A DNA stretch of 64,000 nt from Sphyrna mokarran (lineage: Eukaryota). Of this stretch, positions 34,540 through 48,400 are shown one piece after another (the stretch's first letter is position 1; every line of letters starts with the position of its first letter). Position numbers and translations under genes: made by a program. The DNA lies in NCBI GenBank assembly GCA_024679065.1, contig JAGIQG010000040.1:5766001-5830000 (forward strand). The letters are read 5' to 3'. Below the pieces are notes generated by a model. The model was not told the DNA's origin and did no database searches. It saw only the letters and a program-made list of their open reading frames with translations.

Positions 34540-37529
34540 GTTGCCTTCCCAGTGCCAGGGTCGAGCATGGCTGTGAATGGACAGAAAGAATTCTGAAGGG
34601 AGAAAGTGAACAGCCAATTTCTGAAGTACATATTTGTACTGATGACATAGGTAGGCAGAGGCAGCAGCAGTTTAGGGGTGTTCGGTAGTAAGTTAAAAAG
34701 CAGTACCTCTCGCGTTATAGTCTCAGGATTACCCTCTGTACCACATGCCAGTGGGACTGAAAATAGGAAGATATCACAACTCAACAAGTGGCTGAACAGC
34801 CATAAGTGGCTCCACGTAAGATGTGGAGTTGCATATATCCAGACTATTGGGATCAAGTAGGATGGGGTACATCTAAACCAGAAGGATATAAATATTCTGA
34901 CCGGGAGGTTCGCTCGTGTCACACGGGAAGATTTAAACTAGTTTGGAGAGGAGTGGGAACAAAAGCAAAGTGAATTAACTGAACGGGAACCAGAGAGTAG
35001 GCCACTAAGACTGAGAGAAAGAGAAGTAGAGTCTGGTTGCTAATGAATGAGAGTCTGGTGGACTGAAGTGCGTTTGTTTCAATGCGAGGAGTGCAACAGG
35101 TAAAGGAGAAGCTTACAGCTGTACGGCAGGATGACACTCAGAGTCTCGTACAGCGAGGCAATATGGATAGGGCTCAGGGATAGGAAGGGTGCAATCACAA
35201 TGTTCGTGTTTGCTATAGGGGCGCTCAACAGCCAGCGGGAAATAGAGGAACAAATATGCAGGTAGATTTTGACAAGGTGTAAAACTAATACGGTTGTTGT
35301 GGTGGGAGATTTTAACACACCCTATATCGACTAGTATTCATTTAGTGCTAAGGTTATGGTTGAGGCAGGGTTTGTAAGGAGCATTCAGGATGGTTTCTTA
35401 AAACGTATGTAGTTAGCTGAACTACTGAAGGAGCCATACTGGATCTTGTATTGGAGAATAAGCCCAGGCAAGTAGTTGATGTTTCAGTCGGAGAGCAGTT
35501 CGAGAACAGTGACCACAATTCAGTACGCTTTCAGGTACTGATGGATCAAGATCAGTGTAGTCCTCAAGTTGAGATGTTAAATTAGGAGAAGGCTAATTAC
35601 AACAATGTGGGCTGGAACTGAAAAATTTCAATTGGAGCCAGATATTTGAGGGCAAATCAATCCCTGGCATGTGGGAGGTTTTCAAATGTAAGTTGATAGG
35701 GATCAGGACTGGCATGTCCCTCAAAGGATGAATGATAAGAATAGCAAATTTTGGTGCCTTTGGATAACCAGAGATATTGTGAGCGTAGTCAAAGAGAAAA
35801 AGCAAGAATTTGTCCACGATAGGAGCCTGGGAACAAATGAAGAAAGTATGGAGTACAAGGAAAGTAGAAAGAAACTTAAGCAAGGAATGAAGAAGGCTAA
35901 AAAGGATCACAGCAAATCAAAGGATTAAGAAAAATCCCAGGTTTTTTATACATATATGAAGAGCAAGAGGGTAGAAATGGAAATGGTCGGCCCCCTCAAG
36001 GGTAGGGGAGGGAATCTATGTGTGGAGCCAGAGGAAATTCTGAGGTATTAAATGGGTACTTTGCATCAGCATTTACCAAAGAGAAATGGCTTGATGGATG
36101 ATGAGTCTGGGAAAGGGTATGCATATAGTTTGAGTTATTTTGAGATTAAAAAGGTGAAAGTATTGGTGTTGTTGATAAGCACTGAGGCAGCTAAGTTCCC
36201 AGGGCCTAATCGGTCTGAATACTGAGAGAGGCAAGGAAGAAAATTGCTGGGACCATGACGGAAATCTTTGCATCCTCACTGGCTGCGAGGAGATCCCAGA
36301 GGATTGGAGAATGGCCAATGTTTTTCCTTTCATTGAGAAAGGTAGCAAGAATAATCCAGATAATTGCAGGCCTATGAGCCTTGTGTCAATGCTCGGGAAA
36401 TTATTGCAGAGGCTTTACTCCGGCATGGAAATAAATGGTCTTTTTAGCGATCCTTGAGAAACGCCATCTGTCACAGCCCCCCGTTCAGAAATGCGTCCTT
36501 CATTGCTACCCTCTGTCTTCTGTGACAGAGCCAGTTTTGCATCCAAAGCATCAGCGCTAGGACTTTTTCTGTTTGTATTATATGTAAATGATTTGGAGGA
36601 AAATTTAATTGGTTTGATTAGTAAGTTTGCAGATGACACAAAGATTGGTAGATATGCAGGTAGTGATGGGAACCATCAGATGATACAGCAGGATATACAT
36701 TGGTTGGAGACTTGGGCAGAGAGATGGCAGACAGAGTTGAACTCAGAGAAATGTGAGTCAATGCATTTTGGCAGGTCTAATTTAGATAGGAAACATACTG
36801 TAAATGGCAGAACCCTTCATAGTATTGATAGGTCGAGGCATCTATGTGTACAAGTACACAGGTCGCTGAAAGTGGCAATGCAAGCACAAAAAATAATCAA
36901 GAAGGCATACGGTATGCTTGCCTTCATTGGCCGGGGCATTGAGTTTTAAAAATTGGCAAGTCGTGTTGCAGTTTTATAGAACTTTCATTAGACCACACTT
37001 GGAATAGTGTTCAATTCCGGTCGCCATACTACCAAAAGGCTGTGGAGATTTTTGAGTTGGTACAGAGGAGATTTACCAGGAAGTTGTCTGGTATGGAGAG
37101 AATGAAAAGATTTTGGAGAAACTCACTGAAACGACAGAAGTTGAGGGGTGACCTGAAACATGTCTACAAGATATGAGAGGCATGGACAGAGTGGATAGTC
37201 AGAAGCTTTATCCCAGTATGGAAGAGACAATTATTACGGGGCATAGGTTTAAGATTCTAGGGGCAAGGCTTAACGGAAAGTATGAGGCACGTTTTCTACA
37301 GAGAAGGTGATGGGAGCTTGGAACACGTTGCCGGAGAAATAGTGGAAACAAGTATGATAGCGGGTTTTAAGGGACGTCTTGAAAAATACACGAATCGGAT
37401 GGGAATGGAGGAATATCGCCCTGGAAGGGTAGGATGTTTTAGTTCAGTCGGGCAACATGGTCGGTACAGGCTTGGAGGCCCAAAGGAGATATTATTATGC
37501 CGTAGTTTTGCTTTGTTCTTTGTTCTTTG
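34540..37529 (+). mobile_element. Intronic CR1 LINE, copy C (retains 3' tail)
   Basis: Paralog of 23535-26358 ending in (GTTCTTT)n at about 37512-37529. Confidence 0.8.
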
Positions 37530-37882
37530 ATTTATTCATTGAACAAGATGCACGATGAGAGAAGTTCTTAAACCTCTAGGGGAGTGATTTCTGAGAACTG
37601 TCAAAAACAGTCTTTCATAGGATATACACTTATTTACCACAAAACGTGGAAAATGAAACAATCACTTAATCCTGAACCCCGCAGACATACACATAAGAAA
37701 AGATGATTTCCAGAAAATTAACGTGCACTTAAATTATTGGAAATGCAGAATAGAGAAGATCACGGGGTTATTGTTCAAAAAAATTCTAAGCGTCAAATTC
37801 ACTGAAAAAAAATGGAGCAAATCCTGCTGGTGTTTTCAGTGGGAGTTTTAAATTGAACCGCCCACAATCTGTGCAGTGCAGA

Positions 37883-37982
37883 NNNNNNNNNNNNNNNNNN
37901 NNNNNNNNNNNNNNNNNNNNNNNNNNNNNNNNNNNNNNNNNNNNNNNNNNNNNNNNNNNNNNNNNNNNNNNNNNNNNNNNNN
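37883..37982. other. Assembly gap (100 N, probably of unknown size)
   Basis: Run of exactly 100 N. Confidence 0.99.
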
Positions 37983-38122
37983 TAAGTGATTGTTTCATTT
38001 TCCACGTTTTGTAGTAAATAAGTGTATATCCTATGAAAGTCTGTTTTTGACAGTTCTCAGAAATCACTCCCCTAAAGGGTTTAAAAACTTCTCTCATCAT
38101 GCATCTTGTTCAATGAATAAAT

Positions 38123-41110
38123 CAAAGAACAAAGAACAAAAAAAAACTACGGCATAGTAATATCTCCTTTGGGCCTCCAAGCCTGTACCGGCAACATGGC
38201 CCGACTGAACTAAAACATCCTACCCTTCCAGGGCGATATTCCTCCATTCCCATCCGATTCGTGTATTTTTCAAGACGCCCCTTAAAAGCCGCTATCCTAC
38301 CTGTTTCCACTATCTCCCCGGCAACGAGTTCCAAGCTCCCATCACCCTCTCTGTAAAAAAAGTGCCTCGTACTTTCCGTTAAGCCTTGTCCCTAGAATCT
38401 TAAACCTATGCCCCGTAGTAATTGTCTCTTCCATCCTGGGATAAAGCTTCTGACTATCCACTCTGTCCATGCTTCTCATAATCTTGTCGCCATGTTTCAG
38501 GTCACCCCTCAACCTCCGTCGTTTCAGTGAGTTTCTCCAAAATCTTTTCATTCCCTCCATACCAGACAACTTCCTGGTAAATCTCCTCTATACCATCTCA
38601 AAAATCTCCACAGCCTTTTGGTAGTATGGCGACCGGAATTCAACACTATTCCAAGTGCGGTCTAATGAAAGTTCTATGAAACTGCAACACGACTTGCCAA
38701 TTTTTAAAACTTAGTGCCCCGGCCAATGAAGGCAAGCATGCCGTATGCCTTCTTGATTATTTTTTTGTGCTTGCATTGCCACTTTCAGCGACCTGTGTAC
38801 TTGTACACATAGATGCCTCGACCTATCAATACTATGAAGGGTTCTGCCATTTACAGTATGTTTCCTATCTAAATTAGACCTGCCAAAATGCATTGCCTCA
38901 CATTTCTCTGAGTTCAACTCTGTCTGCCATCTCTCCGCCCAAGTCTCCAACCAATGTATATCCTGCTGTATCATCTGATGGTTCCCATCACTACCTGCAT
39001 ATCTACCAATCTTTGCATCATCTGCAAACTTACTTATCAAACCAATTAAATTTTCCTCCAAATCATTTACATATAATACAAACAGCAAAAGTCCTAGCGC
39101 TGATGCTTTGGGTGCAAAACTGGCTCAGTCACAGAAGACAGAGGGTAGCAGTGAAGGACGCATTTCTGAACAGGGGGCTGTGACAGATGGCATTTCTCAA
39201 GGATCGCTAAAAAGACCATTTATTTCCATGCCGGAGTAAAGCCTCTGCAATAATTTCCCGAGCATTGACACAAGGCTCATAGGCCTGCAATTATCTGGAT
39301 TATTCTTGCTACCTTTCTCAATGAAAGGAAAAACATTGGCCATTCTCCAATCCTCTGGGATCTCCTCGCAGCCAGTGAGGATGCAAAGATTTCCGTCATG
39401 GTCCCAGCAATTTTCTTCCTTGCCTCTCTCAGTATTCAGACCGATTAGGCCCTGGGAACTTAGCTGCCTCAGTGCTTATCAACAACACCAATACTTTCAC
39501 CTTTTTAATCTCAAAATAACTCAAACTATATGCACACCCTTCCCCAGACTCATCATCCATCAAGCCATTTCTCTTTGGTAAATGCTGATGCAAAGTACCC
39601 ATTTAATACCTCAGAATTTCCTCTGGCTCCACACATAGATTCCCTCCCCTACCCTTGAGGGGGCCGACCATTTCCATTTCTACCCTCTTGCTCTTCATAT
39701 ATGTATAAAAAACCTGGGATTTTTCTTAATCCTTTTGGCCAATGATTTGCTGTGATCCTTTTTAGCCCTCTTTATTCCTTGCTTAAGTTTCTTTCTACTT
39801 TCCTGGTACTCCATACTTTCTTCATTTGTTCCCAGGCTCCTATCGTGGACAAATTCTTGCTTTTTCTCTTTGACTACGCTCACAATATCTCTGGTTATCC
39901 AAAGTCACCAAAATTTGCTATTCTTATCATTCATCCTTTGAGGGACATGCCAGTCCTGATCCCTGTCAACTTACATTTGAAAGCCTCCCACATGCCAGGG
40001 ATTGATTTTCCCTCAAATATCTGGCTCCAATTGAAATTTTTCAGTTCCAGCCCAATATTGTTGTAATTAGCCTTCTCCTAATTTAACATCTCAACTTGAG
40101 GACTACACTGATCTTGATCCATCAGTACCTGAAAGCGTAATGAATTGTCGTCACTATTCTCGAACTGCTCTCCGACTGAAACATCAACTACTTGCCTGGG
40201 CTTATTCTCCAATACAAGATCCAGTACGGCTCCTTCAGTAGTTCAGCTAACTACATACGTTTTAAGAAACCATCCTGAATGCTCCTTACAAACCCTGCCT
40301 CAACCATAACCTTAGCACTAAATGAATACTAGTCGATACAGGGTGTGTTAAAATCTCCCACCACAACAACCGTATTAGTTTTAAACCTTGTCAAAATCTA
40401 CCTGCATATTTGTTCCTCTATTTCCCGCTGGATGTTGAGCGCCCCTATAGCAAACACGAACATTGTGATTGCACCCTTCCTATCCCTGAGCCCTATCCAT
40501 ATTGCCTCGCTGTACGAGACTCTGAGTGTCATCCCGCCGTACAGTTGTAAGCTTCTCCTTTACCTGTTACACTCCTCGCATTGAAACAAACGCACTTCAA
40601 TCTACCAGACTCTCATTCATTAGCAACCACATTCTACCTCTCTTTCTCTCAGTCTTAGTGGCCTACTCTCTGGTTCCCGTTCAGTTAATTCACTTTGCTT
40701 TTGTTCCCACTCCTCTCCAAACTAGTTTAAATCTTCCCGTGTGACACGAGCGAACCTCCCAGTCAGAATATTTATATCCTTCTGGTTTAGATGTACCCCA
40801 TCCTACTTGATCCCAATGGTCTGGATATATGCATCTCCACATCTTATGGCAGCTGTTCAGCCACTTGTTGAGTTGTGATATCTTCCTATTTTCAGTCCCA
40901 CTGGCATGTGGTACAGAGGGTACGCCTGAGACTATAACGCGAGAGGTACTGCTTTTTAACTTACTACTGAACACCCTAAACTGCTGCTGCCTCTGTCTAC
41001 CTATGTCATCAGTACAAATATGTACTTCAGAAATTGGTGTTCACTTTCTCCCTTCAGAATTCTTTCTGTCCATTCACAGCCGTGCTCGACCCTGGCACTG
41101 GGAAGGCAAC
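38123..41110 (-). mobile_element. Intronic CR1 LINE, copy B
   Basis: Mirror of 23535-26358, with (AAAGAAC)n tail at about 38123-38140. Confidence 0.8.
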
Positions 41111-41557
41111 ACACCATGCAGATGTATCTTTCATGTACAAATCAAAATAATTTAACATTGTTTTAAACCGTTTGGAAAATGCATAAATTGTCAACATCTT
41201 TCCTCTGACCCAACAGGCCTCTCATCAGTGGCTCCTTCCAATAACCCCTACGCCCCATCACTCCTGAGTTCTACATCATCCCTGCATCCCACCACAATCA
41301 CCAGGATCCCCTGTCACCCTAGATGCTCTCCATCACCTCTGGCTCCCTGTCTTGTTCCTGCCTCACATTTTTCTGCACACCCTGAGTTTGATATGATTCC
41401 TCACATTGTGTCACAGACTTTCCCATTGTTGTGTCAGGTCTGATTACTTTAATGCATTACAGTATGCAGTAGTATGTCTCAATAACTCCTCAGTCAAAGT
41501 GTTCATTTTGGCAAACGCATGATGTGTGATTCCATTGTTTATTTCCCTTCCTCACAG

Positions 41558-42444
41558 TGAACTTAGTCACCATTGTGATCCTCATTCGCAAAAACTGTGG
41601 TCTCTCCAGATGTGTCACTCGTTACCTGGTGGCCATGTCATTGTCGGATCTGCTGGTTATTATCCTCGACCTGATATTGAGACACATTCCGATTGTTTTT
41701 AATGAATTGTTTCATTTCCTGAAATTGATCCCCGTGTGTAATATCCACGCTGTCCTGCTTTATGCAGCCACGGATTGTTCTGTCTGGTTCACCGTCACTT
41801 TCACCTTTGATCGATTTGTGGCCATTTGTTGCCAGAAGCTGAAAAATAAATATTGCAGCGAAAAAGTAGCATCTGTGGTTCTAGGAACAGTGACTGCACT
41901 GAGCTGTTTAAAGAATATTTTCTGGTATTTTATGGTAACACGTCAGTATGCATTGATAAACGACCCTTGGTTTTGTACTTACTCATTTGATGTCGTGTTT
42001 TCTCCAGTCTGGGGAGCAATTGTGTTCCTCCATTACATTCTAACCCCATGTATGCCATTTGTTCTGATTCTGCTACTCAATGTTCTCACCGTCAGATACA
42101 TTTTAGTGATGAGCAGAGCCCGCAGGAGACTCCGGGCTCACTGCAATGGTGAGAGTGTCAGAGACGCAGAAATGGAAAATCGAAGGAACTCCATCATTTT
42201 GCTGTTTGTTATTTCAGCCAATTTCATCCTGTTATGGTCACTGTTAATGATTGATACTTTATCTTTCCAGATATTCTGGTTAGGGTATCCATCTCTATAC
42301 AGTGCCGTTTTTGTTCAATCATTGGGATTCATGTTGCAGCTCCTGAGTTGCTGCACAAACACTTTTATTTATGCGGTCACACAGACTAAGTTCAGGCAGC
42401 AGTTGAAGAATATGATGAAATATCCCTTTACTCAAAGTCGTTAA
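41558..42444 (+). CDS. GPR139-like GPCR exon 2, copy B (exon 1 expected in or beyond the gap)
   Basis: Acceptor cctcacAG at 41556-41557; intact 295-codon frame identical to copy A except D/N in VF(D/N)ELF. Confidence 0.85.
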
Positions 42445-45400
42445 GGGAAACTGAGAGTTTCCAGATTTTTGTTTTCATTTCCTTTCACATTTCTTGAAAA
42501 GAGAGGGCACAAACACAACATGATCTCCATCGATTCATAGAGTTGCACAGTGCAGAAAAGGTCCTTATGACCATCAAGTCTGCACTCACAATAAGTACCA
42601 CTCAAGTCACATTACGTATATGTTCTAGCACTTGTCTCATATCCTTGAATGTTGTGATGCTTCAAGTTCTCATCCAGATACTTTTTAAAGGTTGCAATGT
42701 TTTCCACCTCCATTACCTTTGCAGGCAGTGCATTCCAGATACTCATCATACATTGAGTATTTTTTAAAAAAATCTCCTCTGAATCCCCTGCCCCGTTCCC
42801 AAAAACTATGTCCCTTTGTGATTGATCTCAACCAAGGGGAATAACTGCTTCCAATTCAACATGTCCATACAACTCATAATCTTACGTATCTCAAACATTT
42901 CCCTTTGGCCACCTCTGTTCGAGAACAAAATAACAATCTAAATCTATCTAGTCTCCCTTTATTGCTCAAATGCTTGGTGAACTCTTAGTGAATATCCTCT
43001 TTACTAGTGGAATCATATCCTTCCTATAGTGAGGTGGCCAGAACTGTACGCAGTATGCCAGCTATGACCTAACCAGTGTTCTGTGCAAGTCCAACGTTAC
43101 CTACTTGATCTTCTATCATGATTATGAACTGATAAATCTCCGGGGCCTGATGGCATTTATCCCAGCCTGCTTAGGGAGGTGCGAGGTGAAATTGCTGGAC
43201 CTCTGACGCAAATCTTTGTCTCTTCCTTGGACGCAGGTGAGGTCCCTGAGGACTGGAGAATAGCTAATATTGTACCGTTGTTTAAAAAGGGTAGTAGGGA
43301 TAACCCTGGAAATTATAGGCCAGTGAGTTTGGCATCAGTGGTAGGGAAGTTGTTGGAGGGGATTCTTAGAGATAGGATGTATAGGCACTTAGAGCGTTGT
43401 GATCTGATTAGTGATATGCAGCATGGATTTGTTAAGGGAAGGTCGTGCCTTACGAATCTGGTAGACTTTTTTGAGGAGGTGACGAAAACGGTGGACAAAG
43501 GCTGAGCCATTGATGTCGTCTATATGGATTTTATTAAGGCATTTAACAAAGTCCCTCGTGGGAGGTTAGTCAAGAAGGTCAAGGCTAATGGGGTACAAGG
43601 AGAGGTAGTAAGATGGGTAAGTAACTGGCTTGGTAATAGGAGACAGAGAGTAATCGTGGAAGGGTGTTTCTCTAGCTGGAGATCGGTCACTAGTGGTGTG
43701 CCGCAGGGCTTGGTACTGGGACCACTTTTATTTGTAGTATATATAAATGACTTGGAAGAGGGAGTAAGTGGAGTGATCAGCAAGTTTGCAGACGATACTA
43801 AGATGGCTGGACTTGCAGATAGTGAGGAGCATTGTCAGGCGATGCAGCAGGACATAGATAGGCTGGTAGCTGGAGCAGGTAGATGGCAGACGGAATTCAA
43901 TCCTGATAAATGTGAGGTGATGCATTTCGGGAGAAAGAATGTAGTGGGGAGGTATATGATAAAGGGTAGACCTATTAAGAGTATAGAAACGCAGAGGGAC
44001 CTTGGGGTGCAGGTGAACAAGTCTCTGAAGGTGGCAGAGCAAGTGGAGAAGGTTGTGAAGAAAGCATATAGTATGCTAGCCTTTATAGGAAAGGGTATAC
44101 AGTACAGGAGCTAGCCTTTAATGTTGTAGTTGTATAAAACGCTGGTTAGACCTCATTTGGAATACTGCGTCCAATTCTGGTCGCCTTACTACCAGAAGAA
44201 CGTGGAGACTTTGGAGAGAGTGCAGAGGAGGTTTACCAGGATGCTGCCTGGTATGGAAGGTCTGAGTTCCGAGGAGAGACTAGGCAAATTGGGACTGTTT
44301 TCCTTGGAAAGACGTAGACTTAGAGGAGATCTGATAGAGGTGTACAAGATTATGAAGGGGATAGATAAAGGAAACAGGGTTAAGCTTTTTTCTAGGATGG
44401 ACTCAAATAGCACGAGGGCTCACGGGCTTAGGGTGAGGGGGGTAAGGTATAATTTGGGTACTAGAGGGAGTTTTTTCACACAGAGGGTTTTGGGGGTATA
44501 GAATGCACTGCCAAGTAAAGTTATGGAGGTAGGTACTCTGGAGTTATTTAAGAAATACTTAGATGGGCACATGAACAGAATAAGAATGGAGGGGTACAGA
44601 AAACTGATTTAAACTAGGGATCATGAGCCTTTGGAGTCCCTTGGAAGTGTGTAAAAAGATGATATTGATGTACTTGTTTTTATCCTACAGGTGCTTTGGT
44701 CCACCTTGCTGTCCAACGAGGGGCATACACGCGATGGGTCGTGAGACGACTGCTCTTGGATCTTTTTCGAGAGTATCCTAGTGCTTCACGTCGTTAAGGT
44801 TGTTAAGAAGGCATAAGGAGTCTTAGCTTTTATTGGTAGGGGGATTGAATTTCGGAGCCACAACGTCATGTTGCAACTGTACAAAACTCTAGTGCGGCCT
44901 CACTTGGAGTATTGTGTGCAGTCCTGGTCCCCGCATTATAAGAAAGATGTGGAGGCATTGGAGAGGGTACAGATGAGGTTTACAGGATGCTGCCTGGTAT
45001 GGACGGCAGGTCTTATGAGGAGAGGCTGAGGGATTTGAGGTTGTTTTCGTTAGAAAGAAGGCGGCTAAGAGGAGACCTTATTGAAACATATAAGATGATT
45101 AGAGGTTTAGATAGGGTGGCCAGTGATAGCCTTTTTCCTAGGATGGAGAAAGCTAGCACGAGGGGACATAGCTTTAAATTAAGGGGTGGTAGTTATAGGA
45201 CGGATATCAGAGGTAGGTTCTTTACCCAGACGGTGGTTAGGGTATGGAATGCCCTGCCTGAGGCAGTTGTAGATGCGCCAAATTTGGTGGCGTTTAAGAG
45301 GTTAGTAGATAAGTTTATGGACGAAAAGGGAATGGTTTAGTTTGGAGGGTCATTGCTTTTTCCTAATTGGTCGGCGCAACATCGAAGGCCGAAGGGCCTG

Positions 45401-48400
45401 TTCTGCGCTGTAATGTTCAATGTTCTATGTTCTATTAGTGTACGCTTGACCTGGACCATTTGATGGGCAACACGACAGCTCAGTGACTATCGCTGAGCTG
45501 CGCAGATACATGGATTTGGACCTGTTTCTGTGGGAGTTTGTGCATTCTCCCCGTGCTTGCATGGGTTTTCTCCGGGTGTACCGGTTTCCTTCCACATCCC
45601 AAAGATCTGCTCTTAGGCTAATTGGCAAAACAAATTCTACCTAAATTGTCTCAAATTTGGTTTTTAATCCATAGATCTATAAACATAGACAGGGATCACG
45701 AGTGGAGGTGGGAACATCAGGGTGGCGGCGCGGGCTCGTTGGGCCGAAGGGCCTGTTTCCCGTGCTTTTTTTGTTCTTTGTTCTTGTTCTTTATGCACAA
45801 TTGCTGAAAGTAAGTGTCCATATGAGTTCCTAAATACCATATTCATCTGATCTGCTGCCTTCCAAGTAACTGAATAATTAACCAAAAAATCCCTCTGTTC
45901 TTCTGAGCCTCCTTGTGTCTTGCTATTCACTAAATTCTCCCTTGTCTTGTTAATTCTCCTAAAGTGCATCAGCTCGCAATTATCAGGGTTAAATAACATC
46001 TGCCACTGTCTCCCATTTGGCCAACCCATCTACACTGTCCTGACAACTACAACCTTTTTTCTTTATTCTTAACCACCCGACCAACATTGGTTATCATTCC
46101 TCTACATTATCATCCTATCATTTTCATTGATAACAGACAATAAGTGTCTCTTCACTGATCTTTGTGGTACGCCAGTAGACCTGACTTCCGGCCATTCAAG
46201 CAAGCTTCTATGATGATATTTTGTTCACAACTACAAAGCCGTGTTTTGGATCTGCATTGCAAGGTTTCCCTGAATTCTATGTGTTTCATGTTTGTCAAAC
46301 AGTTCTGCCATGTGGGTCCTTGTCAAAAGCTTTGCTAAAATCCATATAAATTACGTCACTTGGACCCTCCCATTGGCTAGGTCAACTGCCCAATATCCAA
46401 CTACCTTGCTCTGACTTAACAGCAAAACAATAATGTCACTTCATCGATTCACCCTTCCAAATGCTCATTCTCCTGCTGTTTTACGCTGATTGGACAGCAA
46501 TCATTCAAACATCACTCTCTTGCAAAGTGGTTCTTCAATTCCTACAGTGCACCGGTGGAGAAGGCCTGAAAAATTGAGGTCACATTGAGGGCATGAGGTA
46601 ACCAAAAGGAAGTGAGGTCACAGAGGCCACGTACATAAACACCTGAGGTTAAGAGTTAAATGTCGCATTGTCAATTTGGAGTCAAAATGGGATAGGGGAT
46701 TGAAGAGGAACAGAAGTGTTATTAAGCTCCACAATCAGTCTCAGCGAGAGGAAGGGAGGGAGAGATATCTAGAATAGAAATAAAACATCAGGGTCAGACA
46801 CCCAGAGAGAGAAAAAGAAGGGGAGAGAGTGAGGTAGATCGAGACATGCAGTGCGAAAGAAGTGTGAGGTAGGACAGAGAGGGTTGCAGGGAGCGAGAAA
46901 GGGGGCAGAGAAGGAAGCAAATAGAGAGAGGATGCAGTGAGAGAAAGAGGGCGCAGAGAGTGAGGAGACAGAGAGAGGGGAGCAGAGGGAGAGTGAGCAG
47001 AGAGACAGAGAAAGAGACAGATGCACTGACAGTGTGGGGCAGTCAGAGAGGTAGAGAGAGAAGGTGGGGCAGTGAAAGCAATGGAGCAGACAGCATGTAG
47101 AGAGAGAGTGACAGAGAGAGAGGGGTTGAGAGAGATAATGGCACATGGAAAGAAGGGACAGAGAAACCATGGACATAAGGAGAGAAGTGGCAGAGGTAGT
47201 GGGAAAAAATAGATACGGAGAAGAGAGAGACAGAAAGATGGCAGGGGGTAGGGGAAGGAAGCGACCTTTAGTGTGAGAGAGAAGTGGAGACAAAGCCGCG
47301 AAAATGGAGAATAATGCTGGTATTGTATTGAGCAATATTTCAACTTCACAAATGAACTAAGTTTAGTATTTTAAAAACGGACAGAGACAACCCAAATAGT
47401 TGAGAATGCACAGCCAAACACTGACAGGAATGGCTGCAGGGTGTTTGTGTGAACATTGAACACCTCCTCTGCTTATTGAAAAAAATAATTGTAAAACTAT
47501 ACAAAGACTGAATGCCATCCATGGTATTGACAAAATAACATGACTATCTTATGTCAGATAAGTTGGATGTTAATTTCATAGATAACATAGAACATAGAAA
47601 AACTATAGCACAAACAGCCCCTTCAGTCTACCATTTGCGCCAATCATATCGCTACCTACTAGGCTTACCTATAACTCTCAATCCTATTAAGTCCCATGTA
47701 CTCATCCAGAAGTCTCTTAAAAGACCGTATCGAATTTGCCTCCAACACCACCAATGGCAGCCGATTCCATTCACCCACCCCTTTCTGAGTGAAAAACTTA
47801 CCTCTGACATCTCCTTTATGCCTACTCCCCAGCACCTTAAATCTGTGTCCTCTCATAGCAACCATTTCAGCCTTGTGAAAAAGCCTCTGCGAATCCACCC
47901 AATCAATACATCTCAACATCTTATACATCTCTATCAGGTCACCTTTCATCCTTCATCTCTCAAGAGAGAAAAGACCTAGCTCCCTCAATCTATCCTCATA
48001 AGGCATGCCACCCAATTCAGGCCACATCTTGTAAATTTTCTCTGCAATAGTTTCCATATCCCTCCTGTAATGAGGCGACCAGAACTAAGCACAGTACTCG
48101 AAGTGGTGTCTGACTAGAGTCTTATAAAGCTGCAGCATTATCTCCCGACTCCTAAACTCAGTCCCTCGATCGATGAAGGCCAGTACACCATACGCCTTCT
48201 TAACCACATCCTCTACCTGCGAGGCCGAATTAAGAGTCCTATGGACCCAGACCTCAAGACCCTTCTGATCCTCTACACTGCTACGAGTCTTACTTTTGAT
48301 ATTGTACTCCTTCATCCCATTTGGTACCAAAATGGACCACCATATAGTTATCTGGGTTGAAGTCCATTTGCCACTTCTCTGCTCAGTTTTACATCCTATC

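Larger units (their letters stand above)
31340..37882 (+). repeat. Direct paralogous copy (unit C) of the GPCR unit at about 17150-26610
   Basis: 33200-37882 aligns closely with 22200-26608. 31340-33200 aligns more loosely with 17150-18835 plus 21520-22200 and lacks the nested insertions. Confidence 0.9.

Noticed and set aside
41553-41596. RSS-like signal at the GPCR exon 2 acceptor (CACAGTG ... GCAAAAACT), present in all three copies
   Set aside because: The spacer is 28 nt, not 12 or 23, and the heptamer is explained by the splice acceptor CACAG plus the Val codon.
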